A stretch of DNA of 64,000 nucleotides from Amphiscolops sp. MND2022 (taxonomy: Eukaryota), in assembly GCA_964187785.1 (NCBI GenBank), contig OZ076414.1:24490001-24554000 (forward strand), read 5' to 3'. Positions 1 to 13,079 of this stretch are shown here, piece after piece (the first letter of the stretch is position 1; each line of letters starts with the position of its first letter). The position numbers and the translations under genes are program-made. Below the pieces are notes generated by a model. The model was not told the origin of the DNA and did no database searches. It saw only the letters and a program-made list of their open reading frames with translations.

Positions 1-3000
1 GAAAAACTCACACTTGATGGACTCATCGACACAGGAGCCCTGACTAGTGCCATTTCTGAACAAGACCTTAACAAAATCAAATTGCTTGCCAATGAAGCTA
101 TAAAAGATACTGGCGCACCGCCAAATTTCCAAATTATGGTGGCCAACGGTCAATTAGAAGTACCAATCGGCACAGTACTACTTGAATTTGAAGTGGCTGA
201 TTTCATGTTACGAGAAAACTTCATCATCATGAAACACCTCCCAAACCCACTCATTGGTCTCTGCTTCCTCCGCAGAAACAATGCAGTTTTCGATGTCACA
301 CAAGGCATCTTAACTTTTCCATACCTTTCAATGCAATTAAAACCAGACATGCAAGTACCATTGCGAAAAGCGACGCCTTTGTTTGCTGAAAATACATGCA
401 CACTACAACCAGGCGAAACTCTCGCCATAGCAAGCAGAATGCCCCACCTGTTAGACCATGATGCAACAGGAAGAGTCACACCTTCACCACAATTTGAGAA
501 CCATGATAGCATTTTCATCACATCGTCACTAAGCACGGTCAACAATAATGCTATCGGGTACCAAATAATCAACTTTTCAGAACTTCCATGTACAATAACC
601 TGTGATACCTATTTGGCCGATTTCAAAATTCTGACACCAGAACAAATCAAACATATACAACCTGTAGACCCAGCAATAGTATCATTCATGATACAACATG
701 AAGACACAACGGAGATCTACATAAACGAACTCCTGAAAGTTCCATCACAGAACCCTGAACAAGAATCCTATTGGTTCCCAACACCGGAAGAACCAGGGGA
801 TCCTACAACATATACTCCAATACAACAACGAATCTACAATGAACTCCTTGAACTGAGAGAGCGCGAACAATTCAACCCTCAAGATACCGAAGAATCAAGG
901 AAATCATTCCTTTCAAATTTCGACTGGACCGACACAAACCTCAACGCTGATGAGCGGAAACAAATCGAAGAAATTCTCATTGAATTTCACGACATTTTTG
1001 CCAGACACCGATTCGACATTGGCACCAATCGTGAATTCAAGGTCAAACTTACACCAAACGATGACCGACCAGCCTATAGCCAAAGTTTGCCAATACCAAT
1101 CAATCTTAAGGATGACATCACAGTCGAACTGGCACTTCTACATAAATATGGAATCATAACAACATTACCTTTCGCGAAATACGCTAGCCCAATTTTTGCG
1201 CAACGCAAGCCAAACGGACGACTCAGTCTTTTGGTGGACCTCAAGAAAATTAACAACCTAATCACTGAAGACTACATCAACAAAAACCACCCGGAAAGCA
1301 CAATACCGGACGCAGCACAACATATGGCAGGCAAAAAACTTTTCTGCAAATTAGACTGCTCCCGAGCTTACAACTGCCTTCAAATGGCCGATTACCAACC
1401 CATCCAGATGCTTGCCTTCAATTTCGCAAGCCGAACCTTTGCCTACCGGCAACTTGCCCAAGGGCTTAGCAGATCTCTTTCGGCTCTTTCAAGCTAAATA
1501 AGAGAGTACCTGGACAGAGCAATCAAAGCTGACCAATGTGCACAATATTTCGATGACATCGGCATAGCAGCAAACGATGCAAACAGTTATGTGCCAACAT
1601 TAGGACAGTTTTCGAATGCATCAGAAATGCAGGTCTTAAACTCACAATGTCCAAATGCCACTTCGGAGTCAAACAAGTAGACTTCCTAGTCACCAGGTAG
1701 CACTTTCCCAGTTATAGTGTTCACAGACAACAGGTCAGTAACCCGCTTCTTCCAAGCAAAACTCATTCCTCCAGTACTTTGGAACGCATGTGATTATGTA
1801 TTGCAATACAATTTTGTCATTGCCCATGTAGCTGGTTCAATGAATACTGCAGCGGACTTTCTGTCCAGAACAGAAGTTAACCCAGTTGAGAAACTCGAAA
1901 TGAGCATACGTAACGACATTCAAACAAGAGCCATCGAAGTCAACATACAATCATCAGGTATAGTAGAAGAAGAACAGATCTACATCCTCCCCGATGATGA
2001 ATTTGACGAAAACAAGCTTTGGGAAGTAAAGCAAAACATTAGAAAAGAGGCTCAAACTGAGACCCACAATGAACCAGAAAACAATGTCACGGAACTCCAA
2101 CATTTCCACAAACCAACATCAGGTCTGAACACCTGTTCTGGAGGACATTTCCGAGAGAATGCACGGATTAGACTTGAACAAAATACTGACATTGTCCTCA
2201 GGAACCTGAGAGCCAAAATAGAAGGTAATCCCTTCGACGAAAACAACTTGGCATCCGACTACAGATACCAACATTACCTCCAAAACATAACCACAATTGA
2301 AATCAAGCAAGAGGTTCTAACGAGAAAATACTACACAGACACAGAAACCACTTCACATTATCAGATTTTGCTACCAACACGACTCCTAGAAGAACTACTT
2401 CAAGCCTTACATGGTCGCAACTCGAACCATCCAGGTGTCACAAAGATGATACAAGAGGTGAGGCAGAAATACTACTACCCGTGTATTGCAAAATACATTA
2501 AAAAATGGGTGAGTAATTGCCAAACCTGCAAACAAACCAAAAGAATCAACAATGACCTCCTCAGGACCGAATTACTCAATTGCCCCGAATGGGACCTCGG
2601 CCCTGAAGATATCCTTCAAATGGATATCCTACCAAACCTTCCACCAAGTGATGGATACGACCATATAATAACCGCAATCGATGTTTTCTCTCGATATCTG
2701 TTTGCATACCCAGTAGCTCGCATCACTGCAACGTCAGTAGCTCGAGTCATGATGGACATCCTATGCAAACATACCTACCGTCCGACAACAATCATCACAG
2801 ATCTTGGCACACAATTTAATGCCCAAGTAACCCATGAAGTTAGAGCTGCCTTAGGTGTTGAGCCTAAACATGCAACAATGAAGCATGCTCAAACAATTGG
2901 ACTCCTGGAAAGAACCCATGCTTCAGTAAAAACGCAACTCAAAGCAGCAACTGGAGAATTCCGAGATAATTGGCATAAATTCCTCCCGTTAGCAGTATTA

Positions 3001-3924
3001 AATCACAATACAACCTATCATGCATCACTTGGTTGCGAGCCCTCTCGAGTTTTTCACGGCCGCATACCACACAACACACTAGATTACAAGTTCGGGTATA
3101 ATCCTAACCCGAAGTATCAACCACAAACCGATGTTGCAGAAGAGATACAAAAAAGAATGAAAATACTATTAGACCAGACCAAAAAGAACATAATGCAATC
3201 TTATCTCAAATACAAAGCATATTACGATAGGGTAGCAAAAGCATCACCGCTAGAAACAACAGTTTACTGTTACATCTTAAAATCGAAGGCTGACACACAA
3301 GCAACGAAAATCCCATTTCGAGAATATAGATGGCAGGGTCCTTACAAAGTTGAGAAAGTTCTTCCTAATAATAACCTATATAGTTAGGAGACCGGGAACA
3401 AACAAAGCACAACTCCTACATAGAATTCGATTGAGAAAGTTCACACCGCAAGCACCTTTAGCCGTTATTTTCGTCCGAGAATCCGATTGGCAGAAAGATT
3501 ATCAAATGACAGTAGCCCATGATGATTTATATGCACAATCATGGAACACAAACTTTGGACCTAACCCATTCGAGGATGGTCCCCCAGATTACACGCAAAA
3601 CAATGATAATGTCCAATACGTACCTATTGAAGTACCTGAAAATTACCACCTTCCCTCCCTCAAATTTCCAGAAAAAGGCGGGGAGAGCTCAGTGGTGCAG
3701 CCCACTGAAAGCGAAGAAGAAAATCATGAGGAAATACCACAAGAAATTTGTGATGATGAGGTAGAAGTATCTCAAAAAACCCCAAAAGAAAAGACACCAG
3801 ATTTACAAACCAAAAAAACAAAACCAAAAAAACCCCATTGCAAGAAAAACCCTTAAATACTCGTGGTGAAAAATGCAACTTACGACCTAATCCCAACCCA
3901 AACTACTCTGACTCTTACAGATAA
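1..3924 (+). pseudogene. pol: Gypsy pol polyprotein, disrupted (protease, dUTPase-like spacer, RT, partial RNase H, integrase)
   Basis: Frame 1 gives LIDTGA at ~25-42 (aspartic protease). RT blocks ASPIFAQRKPNG, KLDCSRAY, LAQGLSRS and YFDD (~1547). Stop at 1495, frameshifts near 1585 and 3380, ~0.5-kb deletion at ~1690. Integrase HHCC (HGRNSNH..CQTC), D..D..E core, WQGPY and a terminal CNLRPNPNPNYSDSYR. Confidence 0.95.
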
Positions 3925-4109
3925 TAATAAAAACACTCAGACTGGCAACAATTTCTGTCCATCCAGTCTTTTTTCACTGATTGAAACTGTTTTTATTCTG
4001 CGCAACTTCCATTACAAATAATAATACCGATCGAACAATAAATACAAAGACACAGAGTTGTAAGCAAATTAATAATTGAAATCAACTTAAAAGCTCACAT
4101 GAAAGTGAA

Positions 4110-7100
4110 CTAGTTCTTTTTGTTTTTCGCTCCCTTATCTTTCGATTTTTGAGCTTGAGGCTCAACATTGGAACAGCGCGCCAATGAAATAGTTGCCTTT
4201 CCTAAGGCTGAACGCGGAGATGGTGAACTGTTGCTCGTGCCAGAATCATTACCACAGGTAACATCACCATCGTCAGGGAGACATAAACTAGGAGGAGTGA
4301 TAACGACCTTCTTGTAAGAAGCTTCAAACAAATTTTGCAAAGTACCCCGTCTAGCACTGCCCCTTTCAGGAAATTCCAGACTAAGAACTTGCGGTCCTGA
4401 AGTAAATCCTTCCCCTACCCAATAGTTGGAAAACACGGAAAATGGATCGCGGATCTTGATACAGGCTTGACACGTTAGGTACAGTGGTAAATGAAACCTG
4501 CACACTGCTCACACAAGAACGAAAGACATCCTCATCTGTTCCTAATTTGGGAACGGAATGACAAATGGTTCAGGAATTCGTACCAAAGGGGGTAAGCATA
4601 AACTGGCAAATTTGAATAGCTGATACAACTCGGATCGGCACTGCAACTCGTAGTGCGAAACTAAAAACTGAAACCAGTCGTCTGGCTGAGAAACTCCACA
4701 GTCTCTAAGTTTCGTAACAAATGAGCGATACTGGCTGACAGCTTTAGCTTTCTCACTCGCAGTAATCCAACCAGTACCCACAAAATGTCCAATAAGATTT
4801 TCGACTGCAGCGGTATACTGCTCTTCAGTACCATGCAAAATAACAGCAGAATCGAAGCAGGCTAAACCACGTACCAAACTGGACTTATCAATCTCGTGCG
4901 ACAAAATAATCCCGCAGAGGGATTTGCAGAAAGTTATAGTCTGATCAACAAACTTGCTGGGTCGCGGAAGCTTGCTAGTCGTAACAAGTCGGTGATAAGC
5001 TTCGTTAACAATAAACTCATCGGCAGTTTTAAACGGCAAATCCGTTTGAGTCAAATCAAGGCTCAGATATCGTTCCCAGTCAGAGATATTGCCAAGGACA
5101 CTATCAAGTAAAATATTCTGGAGTTGGCTATAGACAAAAACAGCATACTGGTTGTACAGCCTGAATCCAGAACCGAATTGATTGCGGGTCTCGGAGAACG
5201 CAGAATTGTCTGAAACACAAAAAATTAATTGGATCAATGTAGTTCAAGCCAAATATCATCAAAGTCAAAGACAAAATGTATTCCTACATCAATAGTAAAT
5301 TAGCAGAACGTCATTATACAGTTTTAAAACGACGCCTATACATTACTATACGGCTATCAGTAGGCGGTTATACGCCACTATACGGTCTCAAAATAATGAA
5401 TATACGTCACTGTGCGGATTCCAGCTTATGACCATACGCCACCATGCAGATTCCAATATGTGAACATGCGTCACTATGCGGATTTCAGTTTGTGACTACA
5501 CGTCACTATGCGGAATTTGGCCGGTGACTATGCGTCACTATGCGGAATCAGCCAATGAAAGTACAAGCGGACACTGATCCTGCTGATGAATTTACTGTAG
5601 TGTGCGGAATACAAGAAATGAACTTCCGTCACTATGCGCATAATGAAAGCCAATCATGCGGTATCATGCAGAAATTGTGGTTCCACATATTCGGCGTCCT
5701 ACGAGTTTTGGAGAATAATCGCAGAATTAAAAGTCAGTAAAAACAACCACACCTATGAGCTAGTACATTTTACGTAAATCATTAAGCCAAAGTGAAAACG
5801 CAAGCAACACGGAATACGAATCTGAAGAAATCCTTTGTTAAACGAAAGTAACGAGCACGTGTTGAATTATGGTTAGAAGAGCGATCAAAAGAAACCTCGG
5901 ACAATAGAACATGAGATAAAACCCAGGATATTAGTAAAATTCATACTAAAAATGGTCGAGGACGCAGCGGATTATAAATAATCTGGCCAAGTAAGCCGTA
6001 TCAAGGCAAAACCACTCGTCAAGGGTGTTGGGCTATAACAAAAAATGGAGATTTAGATCAAAGAAAACGGGTATAATATCATGAAAAGATACAATACAAA
6101 CCTCTCGCATGTGGAACCGATAGGAAGGGAGTCTGGAAACTCGGTTCCGATGGTAGAACTTTATCCTAGTGGACTGACAGGGTTTCAATCAAGATTGAGG
6201 CCTCAGTTGGGGAATATGAAAGGTCAATCACGCACTACAAAACAAATGATTTTCAAAACAAGGAACATAACAACCACACAAATTATGCGAAACGAATTGT
6301 ACCTTGTGAAGAGTCGGCAGCGACTGGAGCCAATCTCTATCCAGCGCAGTTTGCAGCTTCATCAGAATGAAATCCAAGATAGTGCGGTAATCGTGTCTCT
6401 CTAGAATTCGGGAAGTAGGAAGGGAGAGACAACGTTCCAACTCGTTAGGACCAAAGCCATTCACAGACGAAGGCCGCAATCGACCAGGTGGAGAAGATTT
6501 GAGGCAGGAATTGAGTCTGTCTGGACAATCGGTGAGACAGATGCATGACGGATGTTTATCAAAAAGACTCATAAAGGAGGCTGTAAGCCCCATCATTTTC
6601 TTCGGGACCAAAGTCCCTCGAGGACCAGTTCCAAGACAAACTTGGTAGAAAACTGTACCAGCCCAGAAATTTAGAAAGATGTGGGTTTCCAATTGGTCAC
6701 TTTGAAAAGACAAAGAACACGTTTCATTGCCAGAAATTGAAGTGACACAATGCTGCAGCAACTCGCGAAACATGTAAGTGATGATGCCCTGCAATTCAAA
6801 CCACGATTTACTTAGGAACGGACCTGACTAAACGATAAAAAAATAGAGATATACTAACAAATAAACGCTCCCGGTTCCAACTGAATGTAGACTCCTGACT
6901 GTTGCCCGGAAATAGCCGAACCATCTCATTCCACATCCCAGATAGGGAGTTGATGTTACCACCATGACGGAGGCCGTATTCGAGAATGGCAATCTGTGAG
7001 ATGACATTCTCACTCGGATTTGAAGTGGTGGAAAAATCGGGGAGCCGGTCCTGTCCAACCAAAAGACGACAAGCATCCAGTTGAGACGCTATGCGGTGGT

Positions 7101-8639
7101 CTCTTTGGCCACCTTTTTGGCTTCTTGTAAGGCACTCCCGGTGAGAGCTTTTTCGGAACGATCAAAAAAAGGCACCCCAGGTGTTTCTAGTCTTATCCGA
7201 TGCTCTTTCACCAAATGTGAGTCAGTTCTGAAGTGAGAAAGCAGTTCTAGGACGCCTCTACTCATGAGTGATAGCTCCACCCGGCATACTCGACACCACC
7301 ACTTGTATGGTGTCTTCTGGCGGTCTATTGGTCCTGTGGCAAAGAATTTAAGCACCGGGTGTTTGAGTTTGCGTATCATGTGGGTCCTCAGAGAGTACTT
7401 GGCCCTGCGCCGCTTACCACTGGAGACAGGCGCATCCTCACAACTTGATTGAGTCGTTGGCTCGTCCACTTCACGATCATCAATCCTGGCTGACGATTCC
7501 TTTGTGGTCCCTTTGCTGGGTGAAATTGGTGGATCTTCAATCACGCTGGAAGTGAAATTGCTAGTAGAGGCAGGATCTGGATCATTTAAGACGGTTTGAG
7601 GGATCCTCCCCAAGATGTTTGTAATGGCCAGTACTTCCCGTCTGGTGATGACCATTTTTGGTGGTTCAACGCTGCTCGGCCCTGGGTTCTCAGCAGTGGG
7701 CGGAAACTCTCTGGACGAGTTCTCCAGCGTTGTCTCATTGAGTGGAGTTTCAAGACCAATCATTTGAGGAGCTTCTGTAGCAAGCTCTGTTTCCTCTGTC
7801 CGGTGTAGAAAAGATGAAAATCGAGGCGATGGAGTTTGGCAGCTGTTCAAAGCTTCAGCGGCCTCAGTAACCTCTTCCATGAAAGCGTCATCAACAGCCA
7901 TTGACGACAAGTTAGGTAATAGTGGACTTACACTACAATCAGGCCTCTGCGGCGAATCTCCTTTGTTTGCCTCTGTGGCCTCTTGGATAACAAGTACTTT
8001 TGGAGACAAAGAAGTATCTAAAACATCCGCGACTATTTGTTCGATCCCGTCATCATTTTGGGTTACAGACTCCTCAATTGGCCGATCAGGTTCAGGAGGA
8101 TTTGCAACAGTTTCTGGGTTTGGAGTAGAAATGTTCCCAGAAGTAGATTGTATTAGCTGGGGGGATTCTCTGATTCAACAGCAGCAACTTCGAGTGGAAT
8201 GTATACTTTTGTAGGGGACCTAGCCGGCGATTTCCGGGTGGATCCAAAGTCAACTAAAACAGATCGATTTAATGTCGATTTGAATAAAGTTTATAATGAG
8301 CAAAACTAGTCCTGTGGAACAACTGAATCATGACGCGGAGAAAGGAAGTTTCAAAAACAGGCCGAATTAACTCAAAACCAAACCGGATGTAGAAATACTC
8401 CTGAAGAAATTCGAAAATTGATTTTCATCAAGATTAAATCAATTTTCACTGTTTAGCCTGGCCAGCTACTCAGACTAAAATTTGATTCTGATCAGAAAAA
8501 CGCAAACCTTAAATTCCAACTTAAAACAGTAATCGGATCTTACCAGGAGAAGTAGACGTTGGCGACTTGTACCCCAGTAAGCAAGTTCTTTCCGAGGAGT
8601 CTGCTGCCCTCTCGATTTTCTGCGGTTCGTGGGATCCAT
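4110..8639 (-). pseudogene. Antisense 6-exon cargo gene of element A: BED-type zinc finger plus hAT-transposase-like protein, multiply disrupted
   Basis: Exons ~8639-8544, 8253-6859, 6788-6303, 6234-6102, 6032-5951, 5209-4110 with GT..AG borders (exon 5 donor mutated to TT). WWCRVCRVELSLMSRGVLELLSHFRTDSH finger. Colinear with the B cargo; several frameshifts and stops. Confidence 0.85.
5371..5545. repeat. Phased array 1 of element A: six 15-bp cores (YRCGYCACYRTRCGG) every 32 bp, inside cargo intron 5
   Basis: Cores start at 5371, 5403, 5435, 5467, 5499 and 5531; spacers are divergent. Confidence 0.9.
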
Positions 8640-8879
8640 TTCCACAGATAAGGAGGAAAACAAGTGGATAATGAATTAAAATGAATGTGCGAAGTAGTTA
8701 ATGATAGTCGAAAAAATGTGGAATAAGACTGGATCGGAATTGAAATGGCTGAATAACTTTGACTTGAACTGATGTTAAACACAAGGAAAACTACAATTAC
8801 CACTGAAAGATTTAAACAATTTTCATTAACATTAAAGGCGTGTCGTAGAAAACGAAAGGCAAAGAGCAAATGAGTGCAA

Positions 8880-9984
8880 GAATTTGCGCACTAACGCAGA
8901 AAATACTCTAATCTGATTGGTCAATTAATTACCATCCATTACTGCCAGAATGGACGATTACGTAATTATCAAAAAAAGCGACCGGTCAACGATGCAGATT
9001 TCATGAATGGCCCTCATGCGGCACGTAGAGGAATTTCACCACTGCCTATGCGGCAGTATACGAAAACGACTTTATCTGTAATGCGACAGTTTGGGGAAAC
9101 TTACGACCGCTTATGCAGCAGTATACGGAAAGTCACCACTACACATACGGCAAAATGCGGAAAACTGCAACAGGATATGCGTCATAGTGTAGATAACCAA
9201 TCCCACGCTGAAAGCTATGTTCATATTTTTTAAAGGACATACACAGTTTAACTTTGATTTCTTATGTTGCTGTGGTGCTCAGTAGTCAATACTAGCTATT
9301 GAATATGCGAAAAAGATGGTCTATCAACAGAATACATTTTTATGCATTGGTGGGCCAATACAGATGTACCAAATGAAGATAAACGATAAACGAGACCTGT
9401 TGCTCTTTTTATTTTTCGAGATATAACGCACTTTTCAAGTGCGGGAGTTGAAACAAAACTTTGATGAACTGTGGATAAACGTGGCATTTCGGAAAAAGTT
9501 TTAAACTTTTAGTCCTGAAAACTTCTTTCATAAATGTAAATCTCAGTCATGTAGATCTAGATACGTATATCAATTTTCACTTCATTTCTTTATCAATGAA
9601 GTTATTAGTCATGAAATCCTTTGAAGCTAGTTTAGTTATGATTTTGTTTATATCTCAACACCAACAAGAAGTCAGAGTGAAGATGAAATTCTCCCTAATA
9701 GATGATGAAACGCCAAAGATGGAAGATTGTTTACGTTAAATTGAAGGAGAACTCGACATTTTTCGCGGCTTGGGTGATGTTTGTCACAGAAAGAGACCTT
9801 ATAGGGAAACCGGGAACACCGAAAACATGACACTCAACTTTTTCGCGGGGTTTTGTAATAAACGAAAAGAAAGAGAAAAATAATCACCATTTGGTCTTTC
9901 AACTCGCCTGAAACAGTAGCTTCATCTGAACGAACCCTACTTTCAAACTCTGCCAAGCGTCAACTATATCAATAAAACAAAAAT
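8880..9984. promoter_or_regulatory. Putative divergent internal promoter region between the antisense cargo gene and ORFX (element A)
   Basis: Head-to-head ATGs at 8639 (-) and 9985 (+). CCAAT-type GATTGG at ~8917, TTTCGCGG at 9761 and 9841. Equivalent motifs in B at 54976-56378. Confidence 0.45.
9015..9192. repeat. Phased array 2 of element A (between cargo start and ORFX)
   Basis: Units such as TATGCGGCAGTATACG start at 9015, 9047, 9080, 9112, 9144 and 9176 (32-33 bp period). Confidence 0.8.
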
Positions 9985-11042
9985 ATGCACAATCTGCAAT
10001 TCAATCTTGAAGACAGCTCTCTGCTGTCAATCCAATCGCCCAGTATCATCGATGTATCGAGCGACTCTGAAGAAGAGTTTGTTGTACAACCAAGTAGTCT
10101 GCCGAACATAGAAGAAAGATTTAGAGTCGATGGACCGAGATCGAATATGATGACAGCGTTTGTGGGCGCAACTTCTGCAACTCTGTTCGCATCGGAACCT
10201 GAAGATCCTGTAGTAACTGAAATAATCGACACTGCTGGCACCCAGATCGAGCGTCAAATGATGGATTTCATTGAAGAACACCATTTTAGTAGGGAATCAT
10301 CGCCAACTTCCTTCATAGATACAAAACTAGAAGACTGACCAATGTCCCCTTGGGATACGACCGAGCCAATGGGAATCTCAATAAATAGTTACGGAAGGCC
10401 AACAGCTGCAACTCTTCCTACACCCAGGAATACAAATCAGGCGCCGCCAGCAGTTAACAGACCTATACCTACGTTTACAACTATTTTTACAACCAACAAT
10501 CTCGATTTCCAAGCTCAACAACTAGTCGACCACGGACATCAACATACACATAGAATTTTGAATGGCATCAATACGAACGGGGTAAATCTGAATAGTGCCT
10601 TCACCCCCATTCCTAACAACTTGCCAATGTACAACAATGCTCCACTAATGATACAAATACCGCCCCATGAAGGTAGCCTTCACATCCCTCGGTTGAATGG
10701 GGACCCAACCTTGTGCCGACCCACCACTTCCCATTTCATGTAGGGCACAGCACAAACCTGCTGCTTTTGCCTCTTCAAGAGAGACAAATGTACAGACTCC
10801 TACCCACTGTCATGCCTAACGTCGCTGGTTTCTGCGATTGGTGTGGAAAATGCTACGACTTGATTGCATTGGAGACTCTGGGGGAATACCTCGTCGCTAC
10901 CGCCTACGATGGGGAGACAGTCAGGGACAGGGGTGTGAGGTCCCGCGCCTTCATAGATGGGTTCGAGGCTGCACTGTTCTCTTTTAAAGGTGCAGGACTG
11001 TCGCAGCCTCATGGGTGCTCGGGGCCTGTTGTGCAAGAATGA
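9985..11042 (+). pseudogene. ORFX of element A (unknown accessory protein), one in-frame stop and one frameshift
   Basis: ORFs 9985-10338, 10342-10743 and 10713-11042 join into a homolog of the intact 352-aa ORF at 53917-54975. Confidence 0.88.
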
Positions 11043-11400
11043 AAAAGAGAACAACTGATGTAGCCCAAAGAGACAAAACATGCTTTGATTAAACTTTACA
11101 AACTGTTTAAACCCCCCCTTTTGTGTCTTAATATTTGTTCTAGGCTGTCAATTTATGTCATGTAAATATTTGATTTTGTATTTTCTCTTCTGGATGTGCA
11201 AAAGGTACATTTATCATAAGTGCTTTCTTGATTCTTTGCCTTAATTATAACTCAAACTGATGACTCATTTTGGTAAATTGGAATTGCTTTTATGGATGAA
11301 AATTGGTATTGGGTTAACCTTTTTGATTATTAAATATGCGTCACCGTGCGAAATTGTTGAAATGAATATGCTCCATTGTGCTGTTTCTAAAAATTCATTA

Positions 11401-11665
11401 TACGCTAACATGCGGAAATTTCTTGACGCATATGCTGCATTATGCGGATTCTCACAACCGCTTATGCGGTATCATGCGAAAACATGTAATTTGTTTTGTA
11501 CGATGATATAATAATAGTTACACGTCATTGTGCGGAAAATCGCCGGCGCTTATGCGTCAACATGCGGTTTTCCGTGTTTCCAATCACACGGCGCTATACT
11601 ATTATTGCATAGTAATTACACGTTAATATGCGGAAAAATGAGTCCGCATATACGTCGCTATACAG
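11401..11665. repeat. Phased array 3 of element A (between ORFX and 3' LTR)
   Basis: TATGCGG-type ends at 11415, 11447, 11479, 11535, 11567, 11633 and 11665 (mostly 32-33 bp steps or multiples). Confidence 0.75.
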
Positions 11666-11804
11666 TTTTCCAGGGTTTTGCTGTAGTTATAGAACACTTG
11701 TTTTGCTTGTCATGTAATGTATATTTGGAACTATAAATAGGATGACGGCATATGTCGTAATTCTTTTTATATATTTTGGGGACCATGACACCCATAATTA
11801 TGGG

Positions 11805-12590
11805 TGTAACCCTTGTCATTTTTATCGAGGATTAAAGGTTTAAAACTCAATCATTCCTTGGAATAACCACCGTCAGAAGCAGTTGCTCGATGATATACAT
11901 CAAATTTTGTAAAACAGTTCTTGCAATCAACCTTCGTTCTATCTTCTCAACTTGTTTCCTCAAAGCCTTTGAATAAATTCAAATTCTTCCCCAGCAAACC
12001 CAACACATTTTTTTCACTTGAGAACAATGGGAAATAAGAGAAACAGAAGATCTAGAAGACATGAAACACCATCTCCTGACCGAAAATTGAGTGAGACACA
12101 AGTAGAAACACCAATGCAAGGTAATGAAACTTTAACTAATGTTAGTACTGTTATTCAGGAACCTTTAGGTGAAAACGAAAACAGATCTAGTCTGATAGAA
12201 CCTAGTCGGATCAGTAACAAAATCCAAGTTTGGACAGAAAACTTTGAACAAAGAACAATGACAGGATAATGAAAATTAGCGAAGAGATGGAAAACAAGTT
12301 TGACGCAATTTTGAAAGAAATAAGGACAAACAAAACAACGTCTACAAATCCTAGATCTGAAATTGACGGAATGCAAAACTCTCAACCTTCGGGATCCAAA
12401 AGTAATAGGTCTAATGGAGTTCACGCATCAAACATAGAGAACTCTGATACAAAAGATGAAGATGATCATCCCCTAAGGGCCTCACAAATGCATGAACTTA
12501 GGAATCCTGCTAGACCAATTCATCAAAACATACAAAACATAAATGAAACAATCGTTTCGATTGAGGACTCCGAGGAGGAGGATTATCACA
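11805..12590 (+). repeat. 3' LTR of element A (5' boundary uncertain, 11755-11805)
   Basis: Homology to B (52480-53241) stops at ...GAGGAGGATTATCACA; TG start aligns with the PPT/TG junction of B. Confidence 0.7.
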
Positions 12591-12610
12591 CTAGCAATCT
12601 TCACAAATGA
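12027..12610 (+). pseudogene. gag: Gag N-terminal segment encoded inside the LTR (MGNKRNRRSRR...EEDYH), frameshifted
   Basis: Basic N-terminus plus coiled-coil-like segment, homologous to 52673-53038. By analogy with element C this frame would run through the PBS into gag in a 5' LTR. Confidence 0.6.
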
Positions 12611-13079
12611 CAACCAGCCTTTGTGGGGAAACTTCAGCTTTGTCAACCCGATCACAAAAGTATTCAAAGCTATTCTAACCAAGAGAATCGCAAATTTGAA
12701 AAGGAACAACGTTAAAGCAAAACAATGAAATCAAGAGTGTCTTGTTATTTTCAAGGAAAAACCTCGGCTTTGATCATAAAGTTTCGATGTGAAATGAAGT
12801 TATGACTTGAGAGGCCTATTTATCCATATATTTCAAAAGTGTTGCACAAATCGATGGCACTACCTCGGCAAAATTGTGTGTTGCAATTGGAATACCTTCA
12901 AAATATCAAGCTCATCTCGATTCTATACTCGTTTTCTTCATTTATTTCAGTGATTGGTTAAACCAGAGCCATCAGAGCAAACTAGTTATTTAAGCCGAGG
13001 ACTCATCAGTCAAAAATGGCTGGAGAAGATTTTGACAAAGACCTGTAATACTAGTCAGTGCATAAGTTTGAAAATCTGT

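Larger units (their letters stand above)
1..12590 (+). mobile_element. Ty3/Gypsy LTR retrotransposon, element A (5' part outside window; defective) with 3' accessory region
   Basis: PR-RT-(RH)-IN order in 1-3924, followed by an antisense cargo gene, ORFX and an LTR ending ...GATTATCACA at 12590. Same gene order as element B on the opposite strand. Confidence 0.93.

Noticed and set aside
5371-5545. CRISPR-like repeat/spacer appearance of the 32-33-bp arrays (also 59357-59536)
   Set aside because: Cores are only 15 bp and spacers 17-18 bp, spacers are related to each other within an array, there are no cas genes, and the context is a eukaryotic intron.
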